Both the position numbers and the translations under genes were made by a program. A DNA stretch of 64,000 nucleotides from the NCBI GenBank assembly GCA_046330315.1, contig JAXLSZ010000012.1:398-64397 (forward strand), written 5' to 3'. The DNA comes from Solirubrobacterales bacterium (GTDB lineage: Bacteria; Actinomycetota; Thermoleophilia; Solirubrobacterales; 70-9). Shown here piece by piece: positions 1 to 8,324 of this stretch. How positions within the stretch are numbered: the first letter of the stretch is position 1; every line of letters starts with the position of its first letter. The notes under the pieces are model-generated. The model was not told the origin of the DNA. It worked only from the letters and a program-made list of their open reading frames with translations, and did no database searches.

Positions 1-616
1 CGAACATCTCCAGCGGCCGGGCCTCGGGGCTGACCACGCCGAGCTCGCTGACCGGGGCACCGCGCTCGGCCAGATGGCTCGCGCTGAGCAAGGCGAGCTC
101 GTAGAGAGGAAGGCTCCACCTCACGGTCGGGGGCACCGCGAAGACGAGCGACCCCAGCTCCCCGGCCTCGAGCCCGTCGAGAAGCCCCCGGAACGCGTCG
201 TTGGCCCCGGCGCCTTCGTAGGTCAGCGATCCCGGCAGCCACCGGGAGGCCGAGACGCCGAGGGCGAGCAGGAGGGCATCGTAGCCGAGGCGCTCGCCCG
301 CGCCGGTGAGCAGAAAACGCTCGCGGGTGTCCACCTCGGCGAGGCTGTCCCGCCGGTAGGCCGCGCCATGCTCGGAGGCGAACTGGTCGAGCCTCAGGCT
401 GGAGCCCTCGCTGAGCCCGAATGGCCCGGCCACCGCGAGGGGGCGATAGTGGAAGTCCGGGTCCGGCGAGACGAGCTCGACCTCGGTGAGGGGGCCGGCG
501 AGCTCGCGCAGGCAGAGGAGCGCCTCGAGACCGGCGATGCCGCCGCCGGCGATCAGGACCCTGAGGCGACCGCGCTCGCCCACCGGGTCGTCCGGCTCAC
601 CTCGTTCGACGGCCAT
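1..616 (-). CDS. NAD(P)/FAD-dependent oxidoreductase (pyridine nucleotide-disulfide or sulfide:quinone reductase-like). Only the 5' part is present; the gene runs off the left edge.
   Basis: Not in the ORF track because it is open at the window edge. Manual reverse translation from the ATG at 616 gives MAVERGEPDDPVGERGRLRVLIAGGGIAGLEALLCLRELAGP..., an N-terminal GxGxxG dinucleotide-binding motif. The + strand ORF 74..817 is its antisense shadow. Confidence 0.6.
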   Translation of the reverse strand, partial: MAVERGEPDDPVGERGRLRVLIAGGGIAGLEALLCLRELAGPLTEVELVSPDPDFHYRPLAVAGPFGLSEGSSLRLDQFASEHGAAYRRDSLAEVDTRERFLLTGAGERLGYDALLLALGVSASRWLPGSLTYEGAGANDAFRGLLDGLEAGELGSLVFAVPPTVRWSLPLYELALLSASHLAERGAPVSELGVVSPEARPLEMF

Positions 617-795
617 CCCCCCGATTGCATCGTCGCCGCTTCCCTCCGCCATCCGGTCGGCCCCGAAGCGTGGCGTGTGGTCGGGGTGCAACCCGCCGGG
701 ACCCGGGGCGGGCGAGTGCCGCCCGGGCCGGACCGCCCGCGGGGAGGAAGATCGTGGCCGCTCGGGCGAAGGAGCGAGCCTTCAAACCGCCGTTC

Positions 796-1775
796 TCACG
801 GGAGCCGCTCCACGTAGGCGCGGACGGGGGGCTCGGCGCGGACCTTCGGGGCAGCGGCGATCTGGGCGCTCACCAGGCCCCCGGCGCCGGTCAGAAGAGC
901 CGCCGTGGCGCTCTCGTCGAGGCCGGGCGCGTAGGGGCGCGAGCAGACGCCCCCGGGCAGGCGCGATACGCGGGCGGGGCCGGGGTGGGCGATCGCGTCG
1001 ACGAAGGCAGCGAAGGCCACCGAGTCCACGGCCGTGCCGATGTGGGAGACCCTGCGGCCCGGGCAGACTCGCTGGATGAGGATGTTGGTCGCCCCCGCAG
1101 CGCCGAGGTCGGGTGGGGACCGGACTGCGGCTGCACCGTCTCGTCGCCGAGCGAGCGCACCGTCGTCCAGCCGACGCTGCGCCCGGGGGTCTCGTCCGGC
1201 TGGCGGTTCAGCGCCCGCAGGAGGTGCGAGCCGGCGGCCTGCTGCCAGGCGGCGGGTACGCAGGGCTGCGCCGCCGAGCAGGCCCCCTCGAGGGCCACCG
1301 TGGTTCCGTGCTGGGTGCCCGCTGCGGCGAGCACGTCGCCCACCTTGTCGCGCAGCCCCGGCCAGTAGGTGAGCGCGAAGCGCGGCAGCAGGGCTCCCTG
1401 GCTGATTCCGAAGACGGCCACCTTGCGGCCCGCGAGCCTGGCCTCGCGCCTGATCCCGTAGACCAGGTACTGGACCGAGACCTGGATGTCGGCGGTGGTG
1501 GAGGCGGGGAAGTCGACGTCGCAGACCGGGTGGCCGTAGGCGTCGAAGGCGCCCTTGCCGATCGCGTAGGCCTGCTCGCCGGTCGCGCCGGTGCCGGTCA
1601 CCAGCATCAGCGGGACCCGCGCCGCGTCGCGGATCTCGGGCCCGTGGCAGTGGAACGCGGCGGCCAGCTTGGACTTGGGGACCGACAGCGGCGGGCCGGG
1701 CCGGGCGGCGGCGGGAGCCGCCGGCGCGACCGCCAGGGCGGCCGCCGCCAGCGCGAGCCCGGCCCACCGCCTCAA
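796..1775 (-). pseudogene. Secreted lipase / alpha-beta hydrolase (CALB-like), interrupted by a 1-nt frameshift.
   Basis: ORF 891..1775 gives a signal peptide (MRRWAGLALAAAALAVAPAAPAAA) and a GISQG nucleophile elbow. After ...DETVQPQSGPHPTSALRG the plausible sequence continues in the frame of ORF 796..1767 (ATNILIQRVCPGRRVSHIGTAVDSVAFAAFVDAIAH...). The switch lies at a C5 run, 1092..1096. One extra base would restore SALRGATNILIQ. Confidence 0.6.
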
Positions 1776-1779
1776 GCGC

Positions 1780-4239
1780 TCAGCGGTGCCCCTTGAACGA
1801 GATCACCTGCTGGATCCCGCTCGGGCGGTTCGTGTAGCGCATGGTCAGCAGGTTGAGCGGAGTGAAGTGGATCTGCTCCGCGGTGGCGCTCGCCCTCCAG
1901 GCGCTCGGATCGGAGGTCCCCTGGTCGGCGGTCAGCTCGGTGCCCGCCGCCGCCAGCGCGTTCCAGACCGCCTTGCGGCAGGCGCTCTTGCTGCCCTTCC
2001 CGCAGTAGCGGTTGGCGAAGGGCTGGGGCACCCTGTCTCCGAGCAGCCGGTGGATGTCGCGGTCGAAGTACTGGTACCAGCCCGAGTACTGACCGCCGGG
2101 CGGCTGATCGAAGCGCGAGAACAGCGAAGCCAGCTCGTCGAGCTGGGACCCCATCCACGGCTTCATGAAGGCGTCGGCGATCTTCGGCCAGGCGGCGTCC
2201 ATGATCGCGGCGCCGGGGTCGTCGATCTTGCCGTCGAGGTCCTTGTCGAGCCGGCTGCCGCCGTGGCTGCGCCAGGCGGCCAGCAGGTCCAGCATCTGCT
2301 GGGCCTGGGCGTTGGGCGGGGCGGAGCCCTGCAGCAGGCGGCGCAGCAGCGGCACCGTGTCGATCGCCCTCACGTCCTGGGTCGCGGCGGCGTTCATCGC
2401 AGAGGTCACCGACGCCAGGCTCCACTTGCCGTTCTTCACAAGCCGGTCGAGGTTGTAGTTGAGCAGGTCGACCCGGGCGGCCGAACCGTTCCGACCCCAC
2501 TCGTCGTCGGCCGCGCCGAAGCCGTGGGCGACGCTGTTGTTCCAGTTGACGATCCGGCCGTTGCGCGGATCGGTGCCGTGAGGGTGGCCGTTCTTGGAGA
2601 GGAAGCCGCGCCACTCGTAGCGGCCGGTTCCCTTCGCCGGGAGGCCCGGGTCGACGTTGCGCTCCCGGATCGGCAGCAGCCCGCTCGTGTACTCGGCGAT
2701 GTGCTTGCTGTCGATGTAGAACGAGTTGAAGGTCTGCGGGGTCTTCGAGGCGGCCTCGAAGAACGTCTTGGGGCTCTTCACCGAGCCGTTCGAGAGCCGG
2801 CGGTTGAAGAGCAGGTCGAGGACGTCCTTGCCGTAGCTCGAGCGCTTCGCCGCGAGCGCGACCTTGCGGCCCTGGACCTTGGCGTAGCCGATCACGGGAC
2901 CGTGGACCGTGGTCAGGAAGCTGACCTGCTGGGTCCCGTCCAGGACACCGGCGTTGAAATGGCCCATCTTGCGGCACTTGCCCTTGAAGAGGTAGCGCTC
3001 GCTGCTGCCGCCGCAGAGGGTCTCGGCGAACTGGTCGATCACGTCGCCGCTTGCGGATGTCAGGGTGGTCGCGAAGTCCTGGCCGCGACCGATCAGCAGG
3101 TAGCCGGGGAAGGGCGCCGAGGTGGCGCCTCGCCAGACGAGGTGCGGCGCGTCCATGTCGATCTCGTAGGTGAGGCCCGGGTAGAAGTAGCCGATCTGGG
3201 GCCCGCCGACCATCAGCGGCTTGCCGGTGTTCGAACGCCGGCCGCTGATCATCAGTGTGTTCGAGGCCTGCCGGCGCTCCAGCGCCGGGCGGGCCGCGCG
3301 CGGCACCCTGGAGACCGCCGGGGTCGCCTGGAAGCTGCCGGAGTCGAGGATCACGCTCCCGGAGTGGTTCTTCGGCACGCGCTCGTAGGGGAACTTGCCG
3401 TCGATCGAGGTCGGGCTACCGGCGTTGGTCTGCTGGCGGAGGTCGTTGAAGACACTCCAGGCTCGCTTCGAGCCGAGTCGCTTGCGCAGGCCCCCGAGGA
3501 ACTGCGAGCGGCGTGCCTCGTCGCCGCCGCCCTCGCCCAGGAACTGGTCCTTCAGCGCGTTGACCGCGTAGACGTCGTTGCGCGTCCAGGGCGCGGTCGA
3601 GGGGCTGTGAATCGCCAGGTAGTCGTTGATGCCGGAGATGAAGGTGTCGATGTCGCGCAGCACCGCGCGACCCTCCTTGCCGGCGTTCTTGAGCACCTGG
3701 GTCTGCTTGGCGACTTCGGCCTCGGTGCGCGGGCTGGGGGCGAAGGAGTGAAGCCCGGCGACAAGCCCGATCGCGCTCAGGCCCGGCGCGTCGATCGCCG
3801 CCACGCGGGCGTTGTAGCGGGCCTGCTGGAGCAGCAGGCCGCGGTCCTCGGCGGCGATCCAGCCGGCCGCCCAGATACCACCCGAGTAGGTGGTGGCGTG
3901 GACGTGCGGCACGTTGTAGGCGTCACGTGTGATGGTCACGCCGGCCTTTGGGACCGGCTCGTTGGTCCCGGGGCCGTCGGTGCCGAGCCCCAGCGCCTCG
4001 GACTTGAAATAGGTGGTGAGGTCCGAGTTGCCGACCTGGTCGAAGAGCGGGGTCAGCCCGTCGTACATCTGGGCCTGCTTGGTCGTGGCGGGGGTGACAG
4101 CGCCGCTCCCGTACTGTCCCGACGGGATGATGTTGAGCGCCGTCGCCGCGTAGTCGGTCGGGCCGCCGTCGGCCGCCGCCATGGCGGGAACCGCCAGCGC
4201 GCCGCCGAGAACCAAAACCAACGCCAAGAACCGTCGCAC
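1780..4239 (-). CDS. Penicillin acylase family protein (Ntn-hydrolase, peptidase S45), secreted.
   Basis: ORF 1780..4314 shows family-typical blocks: NVPHVHA, IWAAGWIAAEDRG, the ASNTLMISGRRSNTGKPLMVGGPQ nucleophile region, and WRGFLSKNGHPHGTDP. The GTG at 4239 is preceded by GAGAGGAGA (Shine-Dalgarno-like ribosome-binding site) and followed by a signal peptide (RRFLALVLVLGGALAVPAMA). Confidence 0.9.
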   Translation of the reverse strand: MRRFLALVLVLGGALAVPAMAAADGGPTDYAATALNIIPSGQYGSGAVTPATTKQAQMYDGLTPLFDQVGNSDLTTYFKSEALGLGTDGPGTNEPVPKAGVTITRDAYNVPHVHATTYSGGIWAAGWIAAEDRGLLLQQARYNARVAAIDAPGLSAIGLVAGLHSFAPSPRTEAEVAKQTQVLKNAGKEGRAVLRDIDTFISGINDYLAIHSPSTAPWTRNDVYAVNALKDQFLGEGGGDEARRSQFLGGLRKRLGSKRAWSVFNDLRQQTNAGSPTSIDGKFPYERVPKNHSGSVILDSGSFQATPAVSRVPRAARPALERRQASNTLMISGRRSNTGKPLMVGGPQIGYFYPGLTYEIDMDAPHLVWRGATSAPFPGYLLIGRGQDFATTLTSASGDVIDQFAETLCGGSSERYLFKGKCRKMGHFNAGVLDGTQQVSFLTTVHGPVIGYAKVQGRKVALAAKRSSYGKDVLDLLFNRRLSNGSVKSPKTFFEAASKTPQTFNSFYIDSKHIAEYTSGLLPIRERNVDPGLPAKGTGRYEWRGFLSKNGHPHGTDPRNGRIVNWNNSVAHGFGAADDEWGRNGSAARVDLLNYNLDRLVKNGKWSLASVTSAMNAAATQDVRAIDTVPLLRRLLQGSAPPNAQAQQMLDLLAAWRSHGGSRLDKDLDGKIDDPGAAIMDAAWPKIADAFMKPWMGSQLDELASLFSRFDQPPGGQYSGWYQYFDRDIHRLLGDRVPQPFANRYCGKGSKSACRKAVWNALAAAGTELTADQGTSDPSAWRASATAEQIHFTPLNLLTMRYTNRPSGIQQVISFKGHR

Positions 4240-4506
4240 CTGCCTGTCTCCTCTCGCGCCATCGCCACCCAGGTGGTGGCCGGCGGTGTCATTTATCCGG
4301 TCTGAGCCTGACATCTCAACCCTACCGGAGCCCCGAAGTAGCGGTCCCCCGGGCCGATCGCGCCCCGAAGGTCTCGCGGGGCGCCCCCCCGGATCCGGTC
4401 GCTCCTCCCCTGAGCGGTCCGGTTCGCGGCGATGGCGCGCCGACTCAACCGCAGCCGCTACCGCGAGCTGGCGGGCGTCGAGATCGAGATCGCCTGGGTC
4501 TGAGGA

Positions 4507-5840
4507 TCAGCCGCCGGCCGTCACGAACCGGCCGATCCGGGTCTGCTGCTCCAGCGCCGACCCGCCACCCGGCGCGAACGAGCAGGGGTCGGTGAGCACC
4601 TTGCCCACCTTGTCACGCACTTCCGCGGTGATCCCCGCCGGTATCTCGCCGATCGAGTCCACTCCCCTCAGCTCGGCGAGGAGCTCGGCCCTGATCTGCC
4701 GCAGCACCGTCGGCTCGTCCACCCGGTCCGGCAGCCTCCCCTGGGTCCAGAGCAGGCGTCGCCCACCGGGGTCCCAGGCGAACTCGGGGATGATCCAGCC
4801 GTCGCCTCCCAGGCGGGTGAGGCGCTTGACCGGGCCCAGCCGGCGCAGCCAGGTGCCGGCAGGGGTTCGCTCGATCCGCATCGCGTAGAGGTCGTTGGCC
4901 TGCTGGAAGGCGGGCCGCAGGAATCCCTCGGTGAAGACCTGCAGGATCAGCGCGTAGTCGTAGCGTGCCGGCAGGTCCACCAGGCGAGCCAGGATCGTCC
5001 AGTTGTTGAAGGCGCCTTCGTGGTCGCGGGTGGACATGAAGACGATTCGGCGCATGTCGGGAGTGAAGGCCGCCTGCTCGTCCCAGGCGGAATTGAAGGT
5101 CAGGCGCTGAGGCCGGCAGGCACCCGGTCGGGGTCCGGCAGCCGGCAGAAGAAGAGCTCGTTGTCGAGCGAGGTGCCGACCGACTCTGTGTAGAGGAAGC
5201 CCGACCCGTCGGGCGCCCACCACTGCGTCTCGTACCAGTGGCCGTTGCGGGGCCTGACCCGGTGCACGTCCACCAGGCGCGGGCCCTCGGGCCCCCGGGT
5301 CACGAACCGCCCCACCTCGATGTCGGAGCGTCCGTTGCCGCCCTCCGCCCGGTTCCAGCTCAGCGCCGTCCAGGCGATGTGCCGCCCGTCGGGCGACCAG
5401 TAGGCGTGGAATTTGTCGGCGAACTCGGGGCTGGGGGTCAGGTTGGTGCGCCGGCTTCCGTCCCGGCGCATGACCCAGACGTCGGAACCCAGGCCGCCGA
5501 ACCCGGGGGAGCCGATCCGCACCGCGTGGTCGTGCCAGGAGTGAAAGAGGATCCAGTCGCCGTCCGGCTGCACCACCGGGACCTGGTTCGGGCCGCTAAG
5601 GCCGCAGCTCAGGCAGTGCCGATCGGAGCCGTCGAGCCTGGCGCGGTAGATCTGCGGGTCTCCGCCCGGATCGTTCCGTGCGAAGACGACATGGCGGGAG
5701 TCCAGCCAGTCGGGCGCCTGCCCGAAGGTGTAGGGGTTGATCGTGGTGACGAAACGCTCCCCTGCGGGCGGGGCGGAGGCGCGGGTCAGTCCGGCGACGC
5801 CGGCCGCGAGAGCCAGCACCGCCGCGACGCCGACCACCAC
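4507..5840 (-). pseudogene. TolB-like / PD40 beta-propeller repeat protein, apparent 1-nt frameshift, start uncertain.
   Basis: ORF 5100..6185 has a transmembrane/signal segment (VVVGVAAVLALAAGVAGL) and propeller-like repeats (YWSPDGRHIAWTA, WAPDGSGFLYTE). It stops at 5100, but ORF 4507..5223 continues the same kind of sequence (RLTFNSAWDEQAAFTPDMRRIVFMS) in another frame. The junction is near 5105..5125. The start could be the GTG at 5840 or an upstream codon across the 24-bp repeat (up to 6185). Confidence 0.55.
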
Positions 5841-5896
5841 CCGGCGGCGCTTGCGCGCCGCGCCGAAGGGCCGCCTCCCGGGGCCCAGCCAGCGCC

Positions 5897-6064
5897 GCCG
5901 CCTGCCTGCGCCGTGGTGCCGCCGCCTGCCTGCGCCGTGGTGCCGCCGCCTGCCTGGGCCGTGGTGCCGCCGCCTGCCTGCGCCGTGGTGCCGCCGCCTG
6001 CCTGCGCCGTGGTGCCGCCGCCTGCCTGCGCCGTGTCGCCGCCGCCTGCCTGGGCCTCGCCGGC
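5897..6064. repeat. Tandem repeat, 24-bp unit gccgcctgcctgcgccgtggtgcc, about 7 copies.
   Basis: Read directly. Copies start at 5897, 5921, 5945, 5969, 5993, 6017 and 6041. Four are identical, two have 1-3 substitutions, and the last is degenerate. The period is 8 codons, giving RRRHHGAG or GGTTAQAG repeats depending on frame. Confidence 0.9.
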
Positions 6065-6191
6065 GCCGCCCATCCCGCGCTCCGCGCGGATTCCGGTCGG
6101 TTGTCCCGTGCGCCACACCCGCGATCCCTCCTCTAATCCCTCGCCACCCGGAGCATTGCACCATCCCCGCCCCGTGTCGACCCACAACGGG

Positions 6192-6318
6192 GTGGGACCT
6201 CTTTCCCTCGAATATCAGGGTTCAGAGGTCCCACGTCGGGAGACGGGGGGCACTTGGGTGGGCCGGCGCCGGGGTGGGACCTCGAACCCCCTCACCATCG
6301 AGGTCTAGAGGTCCCACG
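6192..6318. repeat. Two copies of a ~45-bp palindromic hairpin element (GTGGGACCTC-N22-24-AGAGGTCCCACG), locus A.
   Basis: Copy 6192..6235: GTGGGACCTCTttccctcgaatatcagggttcAGAGGTCCCACG. Copy 6274..6318: GTGGGACCTCgaaccccctcaccatcgaggtctAGAGGTCCCACG. The region is intergenic. The same element recurs at 43333..43667 and 45599..45714. Confidence 0.85.
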
Positions 6319-6357
6319 TCATCGGGGGCGAGACGCGCCGCGTCGCTCGAGCCTCGG

Positions 6358-6894
6358 CTAGCGGAGGGCTTCGGGGTCTGCCGGCGGGAAGCTCCCGCCC
6401 GGCCAGGGAACGCCCGAGTAGCGCTCGATGACGGGTCCGGGCGGGGGCGCCACACCACAGAAGAGGTCGGTGCGGAGAGTCGTGGCAGGGAAGAGCCGCG
6501 CGAACGGGTCCGACCCGAGCAGGTCGGGGCGACGGGCCACCGTTATCGCCCCCCCGCAGCGGGCAGCGTCGAGGGAGATGGTGGTGAGGCAGACCAGGTC
6601 GTCACCGAGCATCGGTATCCACCAGGCGAGGGCGTCGCGGCGCACCGCCTGCACCTCGGGCTCATCGAAGTGGAGCGCCGCCGCCGGATCGGGGCTGGCG
6701 CAGACGCTGGCCCAGGCGCCCGCGACCGGCTCGCCGTCGAGGCATCGGGCGTCGATACGCAACCTCCGGCCGGGACCGCGCGGGCCGGCGCGGAGGCTCT
6801 CCCCGTCGAAGGTCAAGTGGGCGAAGGGCCGGCCAGCTGGGCCGGCCCTCCCTTCCTCCCGGGCGGCACCCGTCGCCTCCCGGTCGGCACTCAC
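6358..6894 (-). CDS. Hypothetical protein, co-transcribed with the upstream redoxin gene.
   Basis: C-terminal part of ORF 6358..8193. The GTG at 6894 overlaps the redoxin stop (GTGA). The sequence is non-repetitive and protein-like (...LRIDARCLDGEPVAGAWASVCASPDPAAALHFDEPEVQAVRRDALAWWIPMLGDDLVCLTTISLD...). I do not recognise the family. Confidence 0.5.
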   Translation of the reverse strand: MSADREATGAAREEGRAGPAGRPFAHLTFDGESLRAGPRGPGRRLRIDARCLDGEPVAGAWASVCASPDPAAALHFDEPEVQAVRRDALAWWIPMLGDDLVCLTTISLDAARCGGAITVARRPDLLGSDPFARLFPATTLRTDLFCGVAPPPGPVIERYSGVPWPGGSFPPADPEALR

Positions 6895-7388
6895 CCCCCC
6901 ACCTCCCAGTCGGCGCGATGGGCCATGGTCAGCGCGCGCATGTCGCGGCGGAGCTCCTCCATCGTCGGGCGTCCCCAGAACCAGTAGCCGTTGTAGGCGC
7001 GGCGGACGCGGAGGTCCGGGCCCATCGTGAACGCCGCTGGAAGGTATGGCCGGTGCAGCGTGTCGGTGCTCTCCAGCAGGCCGAGCCGCTCGACCCACAG
7101 CCGCTCGGCGTCCGAGAGGAACGTGAAGCGGGCTCCGAGCCCGGCCCGGAAGGCCGCCTGCACCTCGGGGGGATCGACGCTGAGAACCACGAGCTTTGCG
7201 TAGGCGACCTCGAACTCGTCCTGCACGCCGCAGAGCAGGCGCATGAATCTCTGCTCCTTGGGGCACCACCATCCGCGTGAGGTGAACAGGGCGACCGGGT
7301 CGCCGCCGGCGAGCTCGGAAAGGCTCCTCGCCCTGCCGGTGTGGTCGGGCAGCTCGAGGTCGGGGAAGCTCTCTCCTTCGACGATCAC
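6891..7388 (-). CDS. Redoxin / peroxiredoxin-like (AhpC-TSA family, thioredoxin fold) protein.
   Basis: ORF 6891..7718. The conserved part begins at the GTG at 7388 (VIVEGESFPDLELPDHTGRARSLSELAGGDPVALFTSRGWWCPKEQRF...LVVLSVDPPE...FTFLSDAE). The upstream part of the ORF is repeat DNA. Confidence 0.7.
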   Translation of the reverse strand: MIVEGESFPDLELPDHTGRARSLSELAGGDPVALFTSRGWWCPKEQRFMRLLCGVQDEFEVAYAKLVVLSVDPPEVQAAFRAGLGARFTFLSDAERLWVERLGLLESTDTLHRPYLPAAFTMGPDLRVRRAYNGYWFWGRPTMEELRRDMRALTMAHRADWEVGG

Positions 7389-7442
7389 TCCCAGCAGTCC
7401 CGCTTCGCCCGCCGGGGTTACGCGGGACCCCGAATCTTCCGC

Positions 7443-7588
7443 GGGGTCTCGCCGGGCTCCGAATCGCCCTTTGGTCTCGCGGGGGCACGTTTGCCGGCCG
7501 GGGTATCGCAGGGGCACGTCCGCCGGCTGGGGTCTCGCCGGGCTCCGAATCGCCCTTTGGTTTCGCGGGGCACGTTTGCCGGCCGGGG
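7443..7588. repeat. Direct repeat, two ~60-bp copies with an 86-bp period.
   Basis: 7443..7503 and 7529..7588 share ggggtctcgccgggctccgaatcgccctttggtYtcgcgggg(g)cacgtttgccggccgggg. The spacer is a degenerate partial copy. The repeat sits in the divergent intergenic region between the redoxin operon and the Usp gene. Confidence 0.85.
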
Positions 7589-7743
7589 TTTGGCCGGGCC
7601 CATTTCGCCCGCCGGGGTAGGGCGGGCGGTCCAGCGCGAGCGCGGCCGGCACGCCGGGGGCGGCCCCTTGCGGGGTCCATCTCGATGGGCAATAGTCTCC
7701 ACCTGCCCACCTGCCCACCTGCCTGACGACAGAGAGGAGTGCG

Positions 7744-8214
7744 ATGAGCAGCGGGGACGGCGACGGAGGCCTCGTCCTCTTCGCCTACGACGGATCGGAC
7801 TTCGCGAGGCGGGCGATCGAGGAGGCGGGCCGGCAGCTGCGGACCGGGCGGGCCGCGCTGGTGCTCAGCGTGGTCACCCCGCTGGAGTCGATCCCCTTCT
7901 GGGGCGGCCCCTTCAGCACGATCCCCGCCGAGGTCGCCGAGGACATCTTCGGTAGCGCCACCGAGGTAGCGGAGGAGGGCGCCGCTCTGGCCCGCGGCGC
8001 GGGCTTCGAGGCCGAGGCGGCGGTGGAGCGCGGCTATCCGGTCTGGTCGGAGATCGTCGAAGCGGCCGAGCGCCACCGGGCGGGCCTCGTCGTGCTCGGA
8101 TCGCACGGGCGCACCGGGTTCCGCCACGTGCTGCTCGGAAGCGTGGCATCGGCGGTGGTCGAGCACTCCAAGCGCCCGGTTCTGATCGTGCACGCGGGCG
8201 GCGCTTCGAGCTGA
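7744..8214 (+). CDS. Universal stress protein (UspA family).
   Basis: ORF 7744..8214: ...LVLFAYDGSDFARRAIEEA...AGLVVLGSHGRTGFRHVLLGSVASAVVEHSKRPVLIV. Confidence 0.85.
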   Translation: MSSGDGDGGLVLFAYDGSDFARRAIEEAGRQLRTGRAALVLSVVTPLESIPFWGGPFSTIPAEVAEDIFGSATEVAEEGAALARGAGFEAEAAVERGYPVWSEIVEAAERHRAGLVVLGSHGRTGFRHVLLGSVASAVVEHSKRPVLIVHAGGASS

Positions 8215-8324
8215 GTCCCGACCGGAGCCAGACCGCGGATCGCCCGCCTGCCGCCCCGAGGGGCCGCCGGCTCGCCCTCAGCATCGCCCTCGCGGTCGGC
8301 GCGATCGTCAGCCTCTACGTCCTC

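Noticed and set aside
74-1796. Multiple long overlapping ORFs on both strands (for example 74..817, 486..1079, 625..1368, 1113..1796). There are similar stacks throughout the track, for example 1591..4305, 6358..8193 (N-terminal part), 18944..21010, 32840..40339 on the + strand, 45983..47941 and 61773..63404.
   Set aside because: Their translations are Arg/Pro/Gly/Ala-rich low-complexity strings with no family resemblance. They lie antisense or out of frame to genes with clear homology-type sequence. This is the expected artefact of ~70% GC DNA, which has few stop codons.
4431-4502. A 23-codon ORF (MARRLNRSRYRELAGVEIEIAWV*) in the gap between the acylase and TolB-like genes.
   Set aside because: It is too short and has no context. 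It could be a gene remnant, but nothing in the sequence supports a call.
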